From Haliotis rufescens (Eukaryota), in NCBI RefSeq assembly GCF_023055435.1, contig NW_025963846.1, forward strand, positions 4,278,001 through 4,342,000: a stretch of 64,000 bases of DNA. Direction: 5' to 3'. The position numbers and the translations under genes are program-made. Below are positions 50,301 to 62,886 of this stretch, piece after piece. Numbering within the stretch: the first letter of the stretch is position 1; each line of letters starts with the position of its first letter. The notes below the pieces were generated by a model. That model was not told the origin of the DNA, made no database searches, and worked only from the letters and a program-made list of their open reading frames with translations.

Positions 50301-52448
50301 ATGTGATGGTGGTTTAATGCGTTGCTTTATCGAGCACTGATAGCTGTCGTATGAGTTTTAATTTGGACTGTCATGACATGACGACGCACAATTAGTTAGC
50401 TTGCAGCCCCAGGTTTCCTCTTGAGGACGTCATGGGCAACTGAGGTGTGCAGTGGGAGGGGTTACAGCTATGTCACGGTGGCCTGTAAATAATCAACAAG
50501 ACCCTCACATTGACAGCATGAGCAACGTTTCCGCCTCTACGTACAATGACATGCAGGCATTGCAACCACCTAATCGACATTTTAGTCGCCATTTAAGCTG
50601 AAATGGGTAACGTCGAAAATTCACCCATCAGTTTTAACATTTTTATTCTCATCAATAATTATCCGTAACCATGAAATATCTCCAACAGTTTATGAAACAC
50701 ACCAGATTCTGTTTTGTTGCAAGGGCAACGTCAGACAGTCATATCATCGTACGGCACAGTATACGTGGTTACTTGGATGCATTCCAAGATGGAGTGCACC
50801 AAGGAGATCAATGTTGTCTGAGGTCATTGACGCATCAGTGACAAGAAAGATGTCCGATGCAATTCCCTATTTTAACTTGTGACATATGTTCACGTGTTTT
50901 TTCAAATGAACACTTGACATGCCTTTGCATGTGTTTGTGATGTGTGACACTAGAGGGACACGATACATGGTATCATCGCTATTTGATAGTGATTCATAAA
51001 CAAATGTTCATTGATATAGTAGGAATCTTCCAATGTACGTTCCTTTAGGCAGAGATTTATTTTGATGATGGAAATGTTTTTTGTCGCTTTCAATTATCCC
51101 ACTCTAACTATTGCCCGAATGTTCTTTGTCTTGAATTTCTCCATATTAAATTCAAAATTTTGTCAGACATCATCTTAGTATGCGAGCTAGTCCAGTGAAC
51201 GGCGTCACATCATCATGCGAGCTCGAAAGGCGACAGTTTGAGTTTTTTTCCAAAACACTAGTCTCGGTCTAGAGACCGCACCGCTTCCCTCTCTCTTTAT
51301 TGTCCGGCTTCTGTCACCAGTTGTCACCGGCGGTCATCGATGTCCAGTGACTTTACATTCGTTGTTAGAGAATTGGTGATCCGTCCTATTCCCTAGCGGT
51401 TTAATTGCATACCTTTCTCATGGATGATTTTATATGTTTTTATGTTTGATTCATGCATGGAAAAGTTTTAGTAAGTTTGATTTTGAGGCTGTAGCGGGAT
51501 CATATAGTAATTGTAGGTTTTCTCATCTATTTATGGTCATTTTTGCCACCTCAATAATTGTAAATCTTTAGTGGTATCGTAGGATAGCTGCTGTTCAGCG
51601 CTTTAGTTTGGTACCCACTTCTTCCGTATTGGTGTAGTTGCTCTCAGGTTGTTCTCTCCGAGGTCCGCGCACACGTATATAACCCTTGGCGAAATCATCT
51701 GTCTTTACCGTCAGGGATTGGTTGGTCATTCGAATCGCAGGTTTCCTTCGTAGGTAATAATGGGACACATTTAAATGACTTACTTCTGTTGTATTAAATT
51801 GAGCTAAATTTATGAGCTTGAGTTTTTCTCTCTGATAATTCGTGTTTTACCAACTTTCCGGCGATTGTCTAGTTTAGATCAAGTACCTATTTACGATTGG
51901 GAGTCAAGTTACTCTTTTACTCAAGTACCCTTCTTAATGATGGTGAGTCTAGACACTCATTAGGTCAAGTACCTTGTATTTTAGGGCAGGATTTCCTTTG
52001 CCAGTCAAAGTGACTGAGTCTTCACTCTATTGTTGATATTCAGGCGTTTTGGTCTTTTACATTGTCCAAGAGTCTTTTAGAGATACGTCCTTTGTGTTAT
52101 TTCTCCGTATTTAACTCAACCGAGGTTATTTACTCATCAGAGTGTTGAGTTAATTAACTCTCAGGTGTTATTTGGTCGCAGCCTACTTAATTGAGTCTAT
52201 GGATCTTGTGAATTATCGTCAGTGTTGATTTAGCTACTTGTTTTTGTATTACTGTCAAACAGTTGCTTAGCTAATTGAAGGTCACACACCCTGTCACACA
52301 GCAAAACAAGACTCCAGTGTTTGGGGACGTACCTCTAGGCTAGTGAGGCTAGTATTGATGTGTATAAATTCCGTTGTTCTAAACAGATCTGATTGGCGAA
52401 AAGATAAGTCGGTTAAATATTTAAAGAGAAAACATTACTGTGTAAAAG

Positions 52449-52610
52449 NNNNNNNNNNNNNNNNNNNNNNNNNNNNNNNNNNNNNNNNNNNNNNNNNNNN
52501 NNNNNNNNNNNNNNNNNNNNNNNNNNNNNNNNNNNNNNNNNNNNNNNNNNNNNNNNNNNNNNNNNNNNNNNNNNNNNNNNNNNNNNNNNNNNNNNNNNNN
52601 NNNNNNNNNN
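52449..52610. other. Assembly gap (N run)
   Basis: Ns. Confidence 1.
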
Positions 52611-53190
52611 CCGATATAGTAAAATGGTATAGCCATTTACAGTTAACATAGACCAGCATTGTGGCATACTCTCGATTTGTTCCTAAAAGGTGCACGCTAA
52701 GAGTTGCAAGCTCCGGTCTTTGAGGAGAGTGTGAGATACATTCCACAGAGAGACCGTCTTGTTTGCATTGCTGAGAGTCGCCAGATGGACTGATGTCTGT
52801 GTAGGTGGTCTAGTTACATGGAACACACATGATACACACATGAAGCGTCATCAGGTTTTTGATGAGTCATTTGAGATTAACCTATCTTCACGAACAAGCG
52901 TGAGTGAGTGAATGTTGTCAAAAGCCGCAGATGACAATATTCCAGCTCTATCACAGCGGTATGTTAAGAATCGAATCAGGCCTCAGTAAAGCTTTCAAAA
53001 CGTTTTATGGTAGACATGTGGAGGACATTTCCAAATTTGACGCATCAGTGACAAAAAATGATGTCCGATGCAATTTCCTAGTTTGACTTGTACCATATGT
53101 TCCCGATTTTCCCCGACTTTTCGCGAACTCCTGGTATCATTACTATCTGATAATTGTAGAAGAGTCTCAAGTTGTCTGCTCATTCCATGG
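52611..53190 (+). repeat. Left arm of an inverted repeat with 61490-62431 (includes a Penelope 3' fragment)
   Basis: Reverse-complement identity, e.g. 52650-52900 versus 62040-62300 and 52980-53190 versus 61490-61716. Confidence 0.85.
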
Positions 53191-53619
53191 GCGTTAGTTG
53201 TGGTCCCCCTCCCCTTCTCTCTCTCTTCCTCCCTCTCTCTGAAATATATCTTAAATCTAGTTCATATATTGCCAAAATACTATTATCAAATGCTATAAAG
53301 TAGACACTTCATACAATTTGGTGAATGAATGATAATACGCATAACGTTAGCATATCGAAAAAATGTTTGAGATAGGCCCTCGTTGACAAATTTAGACGCG
53401 ACCTTAACCTCGATTTGAACGCCAGATGGTTTCTAAGTATGTTACACAGGAAACTAATCTTATCTTCCTTCACTCAAGTATACACTAAAATAGGTTATAT
53501 TGATTCTTAGATTGCCTTTATCATACAAGCAGCCTTTAGTCTGACTGACTTTGCAGAGCAATGTGTTGAATGTCTTCATAAACTGTTTTTCTCATTTGAG
53601 CCACCGTCAAACAGGTGTA

Positions 53620-54140
53620 CGGACAAAAGCCCCCATGGACATAAGCCCTCATGGAAAAAAAAACCCTTGGACGAAAGACCTCTGGACATTACCCCCAACA
53701 CCTAGGAAAAAAGCCGCTATAAGTTTCATTAGTAAAGAAACAGAAGCTGTAAGGTTTTTAAAAATATTTTATTATTTTACTTCACACAACAGCTTGTTAT
53801 TCTGGGAGTCCTTTAGCATTGCATATTCTGGGACTGTCCTAATGTTACCTACTGCTATGTCCTATACCGTGCAGAAACTCTACAACACTTATCTTTTGAT
53901 CATGTCCCAGGTTCTGCAGTCGGAGCTGTCTGAAATATCTTGATCTAGAAATCATTTTGATGTTTTCTTAATTAATACTTTGAGGCTCCCCTTATCAATG
54001 GTTAATTTTTACAAGTTGGTTAAACTTGTGGGTGTTTTTAAACATTTATTTTAAGCAAAACATTTACTTATATAAATGACAAAATAATAGCTGATAGGGC
54101 TTTTGTCCTAAGGGGATTATGTCCATGAGGACTTTTGTCC
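53620..54140. mobile_element. MITE-like element with repeated ggacaaaagccc subterminal motifs
   Basis: ggacaaaagccc/ggacataagccc at left, gggcttttgtcc/ggattatgtcc/acttttgtcc inverted at right. Confidence 0.65.
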
Positions 54141-54186
54141 AGAATGTTATATCATTTGTGTTATACCACGTGTATATATCATTATA

Positions 54187-55663
54187 TACTGAACCGCAAA
54201 AGAAACGTCACATGGATAGATATTTGAGAAACCTTATTTTTCCAAACACTGTTAACATACTTTGAGACATATTAAAAAGATGAAACTTGGCAAAACTGAT
54301 CATCAAGGTTGAAATTAAAGTGTCAACTGTTCTCAAAGTGAAACACAACACTGAGAAAATGGCATCACAAGTCAGTGTCTCGTGTGTCCGCCATGTGCAT
54401 TGATGACTGCCGTGCAACCTCGATACAGCGAATGGATGAGGCGGTGGATGAAGGCCATAGGCACTTGGGCCCACACTCTGAGGAACGCCCGACGCAGTTC
54501 AGCCGCAGTTGTCGGCCTTGGTCGGACGTCATTCAGCCGTCTTTGAATCTCGTCCCACAGGTGCTCAATGGGATTTAAATCGGGTCTGAGGGAAGGTCAC
54601 TGCATGGTTCTGATGCCATTCTGCTGGAGTCTCTTGTTGCTCTTGTTGCTCTCGAAGTGTGGACACGGGCGTTATCATGCTGAAACTCGTTGTTGCGGCG
54701 ACGTGCCAAATGAGGTATGGCGTGTGGTCTCAAGACTTGATCAATCTACAGAGCTGCTATGACACCTGGACCGATGTTCTGGAAGACCCCAGGGCCGACA
54801 CTCTGTGTAAGACCAATTCCTACCCACACCATGATGCTCGGACCAGCCAAGGAGTCTCTCTCAACAACACAAGCATCCGAATAACATTTCCCACGGCGTC
54901 GCCAGACTCTCTCTGTGTCATCTGCTGTTGGGATACAGTAACGGCTCTCGTCTGAGAAGAGGACTCTTCTCCACTGCTGGTGGCGCCAATGCTGGTGCTG
55001 CGATGCACACTGACGACGGTCCCGGCGATGACGTAGTGTCAGAATGGATCCTCGGTGTGGCCTGTGACAGTGGAGGTGTCTGCTCGTCAATCGTCGACGC
55101 ACGGTGTCCGCACTAATGTGTCGCTGGTGTGTCCCCATGGTCTGTCGAACAGTTTCCGCAGCAGTAACAAAGCGATCTTGAAGATGCTTTCGTACAATCC
55201 CTGGTCTTCCCCTACGTGGTCGGTCATCTGTAGTGATGGTGGTCTGTTACCGTTGCTGGAGCCTGTATGGTCCTTACGTGAATTCGAAATGCATTGGCTT
55301 CTTGCCGGGCGGTTTGTCCAGCTTGCAGTCGTCCAATGGCTTGGTGTCGCTGATTTCTTGTCAATCTTGGCATGTGGTAGAAATTCAAAAACGAATGAAT
55401 GTTATCTTAGTGGATTTTTATAGCTCAAGAAATGGGGGAATGCATGTGCATTTCAATTTGCACAGAAATCACGTGTATCGGGTTACCATGGCCGTTGCCG
55501 TGATGCTTTTGGGCGTTCGGTTTTATTGTCATCTGCTTTGTTTTTTATCATCAAATTTCATTTTTCCGGACAAAGTAATGTTAAATTTTAGAAACTTTGA
55601 CAGAATGACCCAGATATTTAAATGCAATGTTACTTGGGGTGCCGTTTCTTTGGCGGTTCAGAA
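54187..55663 (-). mobile_element. Tc1-family transposon, full length but frameshifted
   Basis: TIR tactgaaccgcaaaagaaacg / cgtttctttggcggttcagaa; TA TSD; transposase motifs WRRVLFSDESRY, IMVW, FQHDNARVH, PDLNPIEHLWD. Confidence 0.92.
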
Positions 55664-55669
55664 TATATA

Positions 55670-56160
55670 GTGCAGGATGTTATATTATGTGTATATATCA
55701 ATGAACAGAGTGAAAGTTGTTATACCACGTGTATATATAAATAAACATAGAACAAGATCTGATATTATGTGTGTATATCTGTATGCACAGTTAAGGATAT
55801 TATATCACGTCTATATATCAATACACACATTGCAGGAAATTGTATCATTTGTGTATGTTTATGTTCATGTGCGGAATGTTATACCATGTGTGTATATCAA
55901 TATACATATGCAGAACGTTATACCATGTGTGTATATCAATATAAATATGCAGAATGTTATACCATATGTGTATACCAATATACACATGCAGAATGTTATA
56001 CCATGTGTGTGTGTGTGTATATCAATATTCATAGTGCATGAGGCTATACCAAGTGCATTGTTCGATTTACTCATCGCAGAATGTTATAGCACTTGTAGTT
56101 TCCATACACGCAGTACAGGTGTTATACCATGTGCATATATCAGTACATGTTGTGTGTGAT
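55670..56160. repeat. Degenerate ~40-bp tandem repeat (cagaatgttataccatgtgtgtatatcaatatacatatg)
   Basis: Tandem units; further units left of the Tc1 insertion (54141-54186). Confidence 0.8.
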
Positions 56161-56381
56161 GTTATGAAAACACGAACATCATTTCCATAACCATAAGAAA
56201 CAGCACGTGAACACTAAGGAGGAGTATAGGTACCCCGGCGAGTAAACATCAAGATGTGATGTTTACGTATTGCTGTGGATAAAGGTAACTGACACAGACA
56301 TAACACATTCAAGGGGAAAAATTTTGGTTCCCATATATTTAGAGTATGCCTAGTGGCGGCACAGTTCTGTCAGTAGCCAGA

Positions 56382-56800
56382 GTGAGTAAGTATGATTTTT
56401 CGTCCTTTTTAGCAATATTCCAGCAATATCATGGCTTGCGACAACAGAAATAAGCTTCACACCTTGTTTTGTTTGTTTGTTGTTTTACGCCGCACTCAGC
56501 ATTATTCCAGCTATATGACGGCAGTCTGTAAATAATCGAATCTAAACCAGACAATCCAGTAATTGACATCATTAGCATCGATCCACGCAATTTGGATATA
56601 ATGACATGCATCAACCAAGTCAGCGAGCCTGACCACCCAATCCCGTTAGTCGCCTCTTACGACAAGCGTAGTCGCCTTTTACGGTAAGCATGGGTTGCTG
56701 AAGACCTATTCTACCCCGGATCTTCACACCTTGTACTCATGTCGGGAATCGAACCCTGGCCTTCAACGAATGCTATAACGACAAGTCTACCCACCCACCC
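56382..56800 (-). mobile_element. SINE family A with a nested family B copy (56469-56727)
   Basis: SINE A is split; TSD cacaccttgt flanks the family B insert. Confidence 0.85.
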
Positions 56801-57169
56801 ACCCACCCGCATTTGCCTGAGAGTGTGGAACTGCTGAACATATATGTCATTCTCTTGATTATGATTCACATCTTGAATATATTTGGGACATTCACGGTAA
56901 TAATCATAACGTGGCAACATACGTTATATGTAGGCGTCTTAATATTGTGATACCTATACGTACAGGTGAGAATGTGAGAAGCACCGACCGTGTACGTGCT
57001 AAACAAATGAAACAGGAGACAGAAAGTGGGTACAATTATCAATATTCGTGTACTCATCCAAATCCATAAACTTATAGCGTATCGGTCAATACACCTACGG
57101 TTTGGTTAACGAAACGACTAAACTGTACATACCTGTATTCATACAGTGATGTAATAACAGTGAACATTG

Positions 57170-58278
57170 TCATGGGTCATGATACGAGTGTTCATGGGTC
57201 ATATGACCGGTATTCATGGGTTATGTGACGGATGTTCATGGGTCATGTGACCGGTATTCATGGTTCAATTGACGGGTGTTCATGGGTCATGTGACCGGTA
57301 TTCATGGGTTATGTGACTGGTGTTCATGGGTCATGTGACTGGTGTTCATGGGTCATGTGACGGTTGTTCATGGGTCATGTGACGGGTGTTCATGGGTCAT
57401 GTGACCGGTTTTCATGGTTCATGTGACTGGTGTTCATGGGTCATGTGCTAGGTGTTCATGGGTCATGATACGAGTGATCATGGGTCATGTGACTGGTGTT
57501 CATGGGTCATGTGCTGGGTGTTCATGGGTCATGATGCGAGTGTTCATGGTTCATGTGACTGGTGTTCATGGGTCATGTGCTGGGTGTTCATGGGTCATGA
57601 TACGAGTGTTCATGGGTCATGTGACTGGTGTTCAAGGGTCATGTGCTGGGTGTTCATTGGTCATGATACGAGTGTTCATGGTTCATGTGACTGGTGTTCA
57701 TGGGTCATGTGCTGGGTGTTCATGGGTCATGATACGAGTGTTCATGGGTCATGTGCTGGGTGTTCATAGGTCATGATACGAGTTTTCATGGGTCATGTGA
57801 AGGGTGTTCATGGGTTATGTGACTGGTATTCATGGTTCAATTGATATTCGGTATTCATGGGTTATGTGACTGGTGTTCATGGGTCATGTGACTGATGTTC
57901 ATGGGTCATGTGACGGGTGTTCATGGATCATGTGACCGATATTCATGGTTCATGTAACGGGTGTTCATGGGTCATGTGACGGGTGTTCACGGGTCATGTG
58001 ACGGGTGTTCATGGGTTATGTGACGGGTGTTCACGGGTCATGTGACGGCTGTTCATGGGTCATGTGACGGGTGTTCATGGGTCATGTGACGGGTGTTCAT
58101 GGGTCATGTGCCGGGTGCTCATGGGTCACGTGCCAGATGTTCATTGGTTATGATACGAGTGTTCATGGGTCATGAGACGGGTTCTAGGACCGGAGTTCAT
58201 GGGTCATGTGACGAATGCTCATGGATCATGTGACGGGTATTCATGGGTCATGTGATTGTGTTCATGGGTCATGTGGCG
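57170..58278. repeat. 22-bp minisatellite (catgggtcatgtgacgggtgtt), ~50 copies
   Basis: Direct tandem repetition with local 66-bp higher-order periodicity. Confidence 0.95.
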
Positions 58279-59250
58279 GGCGGTTTCCAATGGTACTATA
58301 AATAGAAATCTCCGTAGCATGTGAACGGGAGCAGGCAGAATCACTTGTTATGTTCTAATTCGCTTCGCTCAAACGAACATAAAATATTTACCATGTACAA
58401 CATACGCATCTCAAGGGTTATGCCTACCGCAGCTGCCAAGCGAGCAGGTTTATTAACAAACACAAATAAATACACTGGTCATACTCGTAAACAGTCTTTC
58501 AAGTCGAATCCACGAATCTGTCGAAACGGCGTCCGTTTTCAGTTCCCTGAAATATACAATTCCAAACTAAAATTGTGACCAAAGCAAACGTGATGTAACA
58601 CGTTTTGCAGTTGTTATTCAGAAATGTTTGAAATTATAACCATGATATACTTATCTTAAATTAATCTTCTTTTTCTTCCGTTTTCCTTGGCTCAGTTTTG
58701 GATCCCAACTGTAACTTTACCAGCAACTTCCCATATCACACACATCGTATCACTCAAATAAAAGGATCTGCCCAACGGCCGAACTTTGTCCATCGGCTCA
58801 ACTTTGCCCAACGGCTAAACACTCCAATACTCTGTAACCTCAAATTCTTGAGCCAATATTTAGCAAGATGTAAAATCTGCCCGCCTGTGTGATGCGAAGA
58901 CCTCGAATGGTGCAACACAGTCAGTGAACACTTCCTCACGTCACTTCGTGACACCACATTCACGTGCAATGTACCTGGCTGCGGCAGGCAAACTCTTACC
59001 GAATTTAACCCATAATAAATTAATGTACAATTACCTTGAACGAAACATCTGCGGTGGTCGTGACTGCCATGCTGTGTCAACAACCGTTATCTTCTTTCTG
59101 CCTGCATCTCACACGTGTAGTGTCAGGGTTCTGTAATGGGTTGATAATCAGCCACATTTAATAGTTGAGGTTTCTGTCAGAATATGAAAATACATGGATT
59201 AGTGTAACTGTTTCACTTTTTAGTTTCCCATTGCAGTTGTGCTATGTTCT

Positions 59251-59702
59251 CATTGGTGACCAACTCGTGTTATTCCAGGACAAGCCGAATAGCGACTCGT
59301 GCCCCTCTCTTGGCCATTTTTGCGACCGGGTTCCGTCTTAGCGCAAACGGGCATACCTAAAACAATTGTCAACTCGTTGCGTAATGGTTCACATATTATT
59401 TCCCCATGTATTATATATATTTCAGATGCAATTTAAAGCACATTGGGGCGTGCGGAATTATACAGTATGATTGAACACGTTTAACTGTGTCTTTGGTATA
59501 TTTTTAGATGCAAGACATCTGTAAAATCAAAAATTATTTGTGAGGGATTCTTTGACGAAGAACTTGAAACCATAAACGGATTCTGATTGGTTTGTCGTAT
59601 TTTCGCACATAACATTCATCGATAGCCCCCTATCGATGAATGTTATGTGCGAAAATACGAGTCTTCTTGCAGGTTACGGAAAGGGGCGAGTTGTGACGAA
59701 TG
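59251..59702. mobile_element. Second copy (inverted) of the 10-bp-TSD MITE
   Basis: Reverse complement of 44759-45173; degenerate TSD gctatgttct/gctttgtttt. Confidence 0.85.
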
Positions 59703-60175
59703 GCTTTGTTTTATGTACTATTTTTTGTCATTTGGTTTTTACTGAAATTATGTTTATCAGGTGCCCGTGAAACGTGTCCAGGTGACTTTCGGCAAGATAA
59801 GCTTATCAGTGTCTGTGAGTGAGTGACTTGGGTTTAACATCGATTTAAACAGAATTTCAGCTATATCAGACTGTCCCTCTGGTTTAGTACCAACAATGCA
59901 ATCAACATTTGTAGGGCAGATATGGGATTCCAACACACGGTTATCAGATTCTGGCTAAGGGAGGCTACTCTGCAAAGCGAATCGCGGCACCATGGATGAC
60001 TATACAGGAACTGAATACGGTTCATCCTCCAATTTGAAGAACCTAACTCCGAGTTGGACGTATGCAGAGTGTAAAGTATTTATGTATAGGTGCTCATGTA
60101 CAAACAAAGCAACTGTTAAGATATCTATTACCTGTTCGTTTATCCCTACTATTTCATGAAAGGCGCGTAGTCAGT

Positions 60176-60344
60176 TGAGTGAGTGAGTATGGTTTAACGC
60201 CGCTTTTAGCAATATTCCAGCAATATCACGGCGGGGGACACCAGAAATGGGCTTCACACAGTGTACCCATGTCGGGAATCGAACCACCCGGTTCTTCAGC
60301 GTGACGAGCGTACGCTTAAACCACTAGGCTACCCGACCGCCCCC
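60176..60344 (-). mobile_element. SINE family A
   Basis: A/B boxes, ACTC tail, TSD gtagtcag. Confidence 0.9.
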
Positions 60345-60443
60345 GTAGTCAGATGAAGAAAATGGTGCCACTTAACATTTCAGAAAACGTCCGCTCCATA
60401 CTTTGCCACAGTGCAAATTAACAAATCTGTTTGAGTAATTGCT

Positions 60444-60592
60444 TTGAGTATGTTTTTACGTCGCTTTTTCCTCGCTATATCACGGCGGAAACACAGGAAA
60501 TGGGCTTCACCCATGGTGCCCTTGATGGGAATCGAACTCTGGCTGTCGGTGTGACGAGCGAACACTTTAACCACAAGACTACTCCGCCACCC
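60444..60592 (-). mobile_element. SINE family A, diverged
   Basis: Similarity to the adjacent copy. Confidence 0.75.
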
Positions 60593-61093
60593 AAGAACAT
60601 AGCGAGATATGTGAGTTCATTTCTGCAACTACCGCTTGTGTTGTGGCAGAAATTGAGTATCCCGCTCTTTGAACAATTTTTCAGTTGTATTACTGTGTTT
60701 TTGTTTGGCACTTGGGTGAAAATCACAAAAATAGGATTTTATGCTAATACGCCAAGAATCATATTCGGGGCGAATCTGGGATGAGAACCCATGACTGGTA
60801 ACGCAATTCTTCACAGTATACTCCTGCGACACTTTCATCCGTGTCTCTTATTCCATCAGATACTGATGACCAACCAGGGTATGTAGGTAACAACGTGTAC
60901 ATTCATTCCTAAGAGAAAGGTACGCAGTAGAAATCGTTGGTGTATTGATAAGCCACGCCTTGTGCCGATATCTCGCGAGGTCGGACAAGGTGCGCCGCTG
61001 ACACGCTGCCGTTTTTCTTCACAGCTCGCAGTCTTCTGAGCGGCAGGTACCTCGTTCATTACAAGAATCTAATATACACTTTAATCGATGACA

Positions 61094-61194
61094 GGGACCC
61101 GCTCCCCAAAGTGGTCGTATCGCTACGACTGTCTATGTTAAGGTATGGGAGTTACGATCGTTTTAGCGTTGTGACCGCTTTGTGAAACGGGCCC
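61094..61194. mobile_element. Small palindromic MITE
   Basis: gggacccgctccccaaagtggtcg...tgaccgctttgtgaaacgggccc imperfect TIRs. Confidence 0.55.
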
Positions 61195-61489
61195 AGGTAT
61201 GTAGGGGGATTTTCATACTGGCAACTCCTCAGCCAAATAATCAGATGCTATTCAGGTGTGTACGCCTTGATAACAATATAGCAATTAAATAATTTAGGGA
61301 CACCACTCATATGTCACGTGTACATTTAGGAACACAATTGTTTATTGTCTCTACATGTAATGTTGAATACGTTAGATTCGTTGCTGAGGCTGCCTGGTAT
61401 TTCCGGTGTGATCCGGAACTCATATCTGCATCCGGGTAACGACAAGTTGCACCAGGAGTGGGGAAGGTAACCTTAGCAACACAACTTAC

Positions 61490-62431
61490 GCCCATGGAAT
61501 GAGCAGACAACTTGAGACAGTTCATCAAACTCTTCTACAATTATCAGATAGTAATGATACCAGGAGTTCGCGAAAAGTCGGGGAAAAACGGGATCATATG
61601 GTACAAGTCAAAATAGGAAATTGCATCGGACATCATTTTTGTCACGGATGCGTCAAATTTGGGAATATCCTCCACATGTCTACCATAAAATGTTTTGAAA
61701 GCTTTGCTGAGGCCTTGAATGTTGTAACCTTGACCAAACAACTTCTGAGCAAGAGTCGTATGATGATCTTTGAAATCTTTGCGGCAAGTGCATGCTCGAT
61801 TGTATCTCAAACATTTACTGGAATATTGCTCGACGTGAAGGGAAAGTTGACTATTGGAAAGTTGAGTCATCCCTCTTGTCATACAGTCTTGTATGGCGAT
61901 AGGTCAACGTGTCCTGATGGCGTGAATTGTTGCCCATGCAGTCAACCTCTAGTCTGTCTGACCCAGATTCGATTCTTAATATACCGCTGTGATAGAGCTG
62001 GAATACTGCATCTGAGGCTTTCGACAACATTCACTCACTCACGCGTGTTCGTGAAGATAGATTAATCTCAAATGACTCATCAAAAACCTGATGACGCTTC
62101 ATGTGTGTATCATGTGTGTTCCATGTAACTAGACCACCTACACAGACATCAGTCCATCTGGCGACTCTCAGCAATGCAAACATGACGGTCTCTCTGTGGA
62201 ATGTACCTCACACTCCCCTCAAAGACCGGAGCTTGCAAAACTCTTAGTGTGCACCTTTTAGGAACAAATCGAGAGTATGCCACAATGCTGGTCAATGTTA
62301 ACTTCTCGTTAAAGGTTCCCACTTCCTTGAATTTTGTACAAGAGCATAAGGTTTAAAATCTGTATTTCATATCTACTCAATAGGTTGAATTTTAGATATG
62401 TTTAGCAGACTATACCATTTTACTTTATCGG
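61490..62431 (-). repeat. Right arm of the inverted repeat; Penelope-like C-terminal fragment at 61490-61870
   Basis: RACTCRKDFKDHHTTLAQKLFGQGYNIQGLSKAFKTFYGRH; reverse complement of 52611-53190. Confidence 0.85.
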
Positions 62432-62437
62432 TGATCA

Positions 62438-62579
62438 NNNNNNNNNNNNNNNNNNNNNNNNNNNNNNNNNNNNNNNNNNNNNNNNNNNNNNNNNNNNNNN
62501 NNNNNNNNNNNNNNNNNNNNNNNNNNNNNNNNNNNNNNNNNNNNNNNNNNNNNNNNNNNNNNNNNNNNNNNNNNNNNNN
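62438..62579. other. Assembly gap (N run)
   Basis: Ns. Confidence 1.
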
Positions 62580-62580
62580 T

Positions 62581-62755
62581 AGGGGAGAGAGAGGAAGAGA
62601 GCGAGGGACAGAGGGGAAGAGAACGAGGGGAGAGGAGAGAGGAAGAGAGCGAGAGACAGAGGGGAAGAGAGAGTGGGAAAAGAGAGTGAGAGAGAGAGGA
62701 AGAGAGGGAGAGACAGGGGGAAGGGAAGGGAGGGGGGAGAGAGAGAGGAAGAGAG

Positions 62756-62821
<66 letters not shown>

Positions 62822-62837
62822 CGGAGACAGAGAGGGG
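62581..62837. repeat. GA-rich polypurine microsatellite
   Basis: Direct observation; ends ~50 bp before the gene D acceptor and ATG. Confidence 0.95.
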
Positions 62838-62886
62838 ATAAAGATGGGGGATGACGTGTGATTTGTATAGTTGATCTGTTTCCAGA

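Noticed and set aside
51160-52300. Possible solo LTR (tgtca...tgtcaca); similar suspicion for ~11550-11990
   Set aside because: No matching TSD, second LTR or PBS could be identified
57414-57776. Cys/His/Trp-rich repeat ORFs (also 63397-63816 and 62398-62991)
   Set aside because: Translations of mini- or microsatellites, or ORFs spanning N gaps
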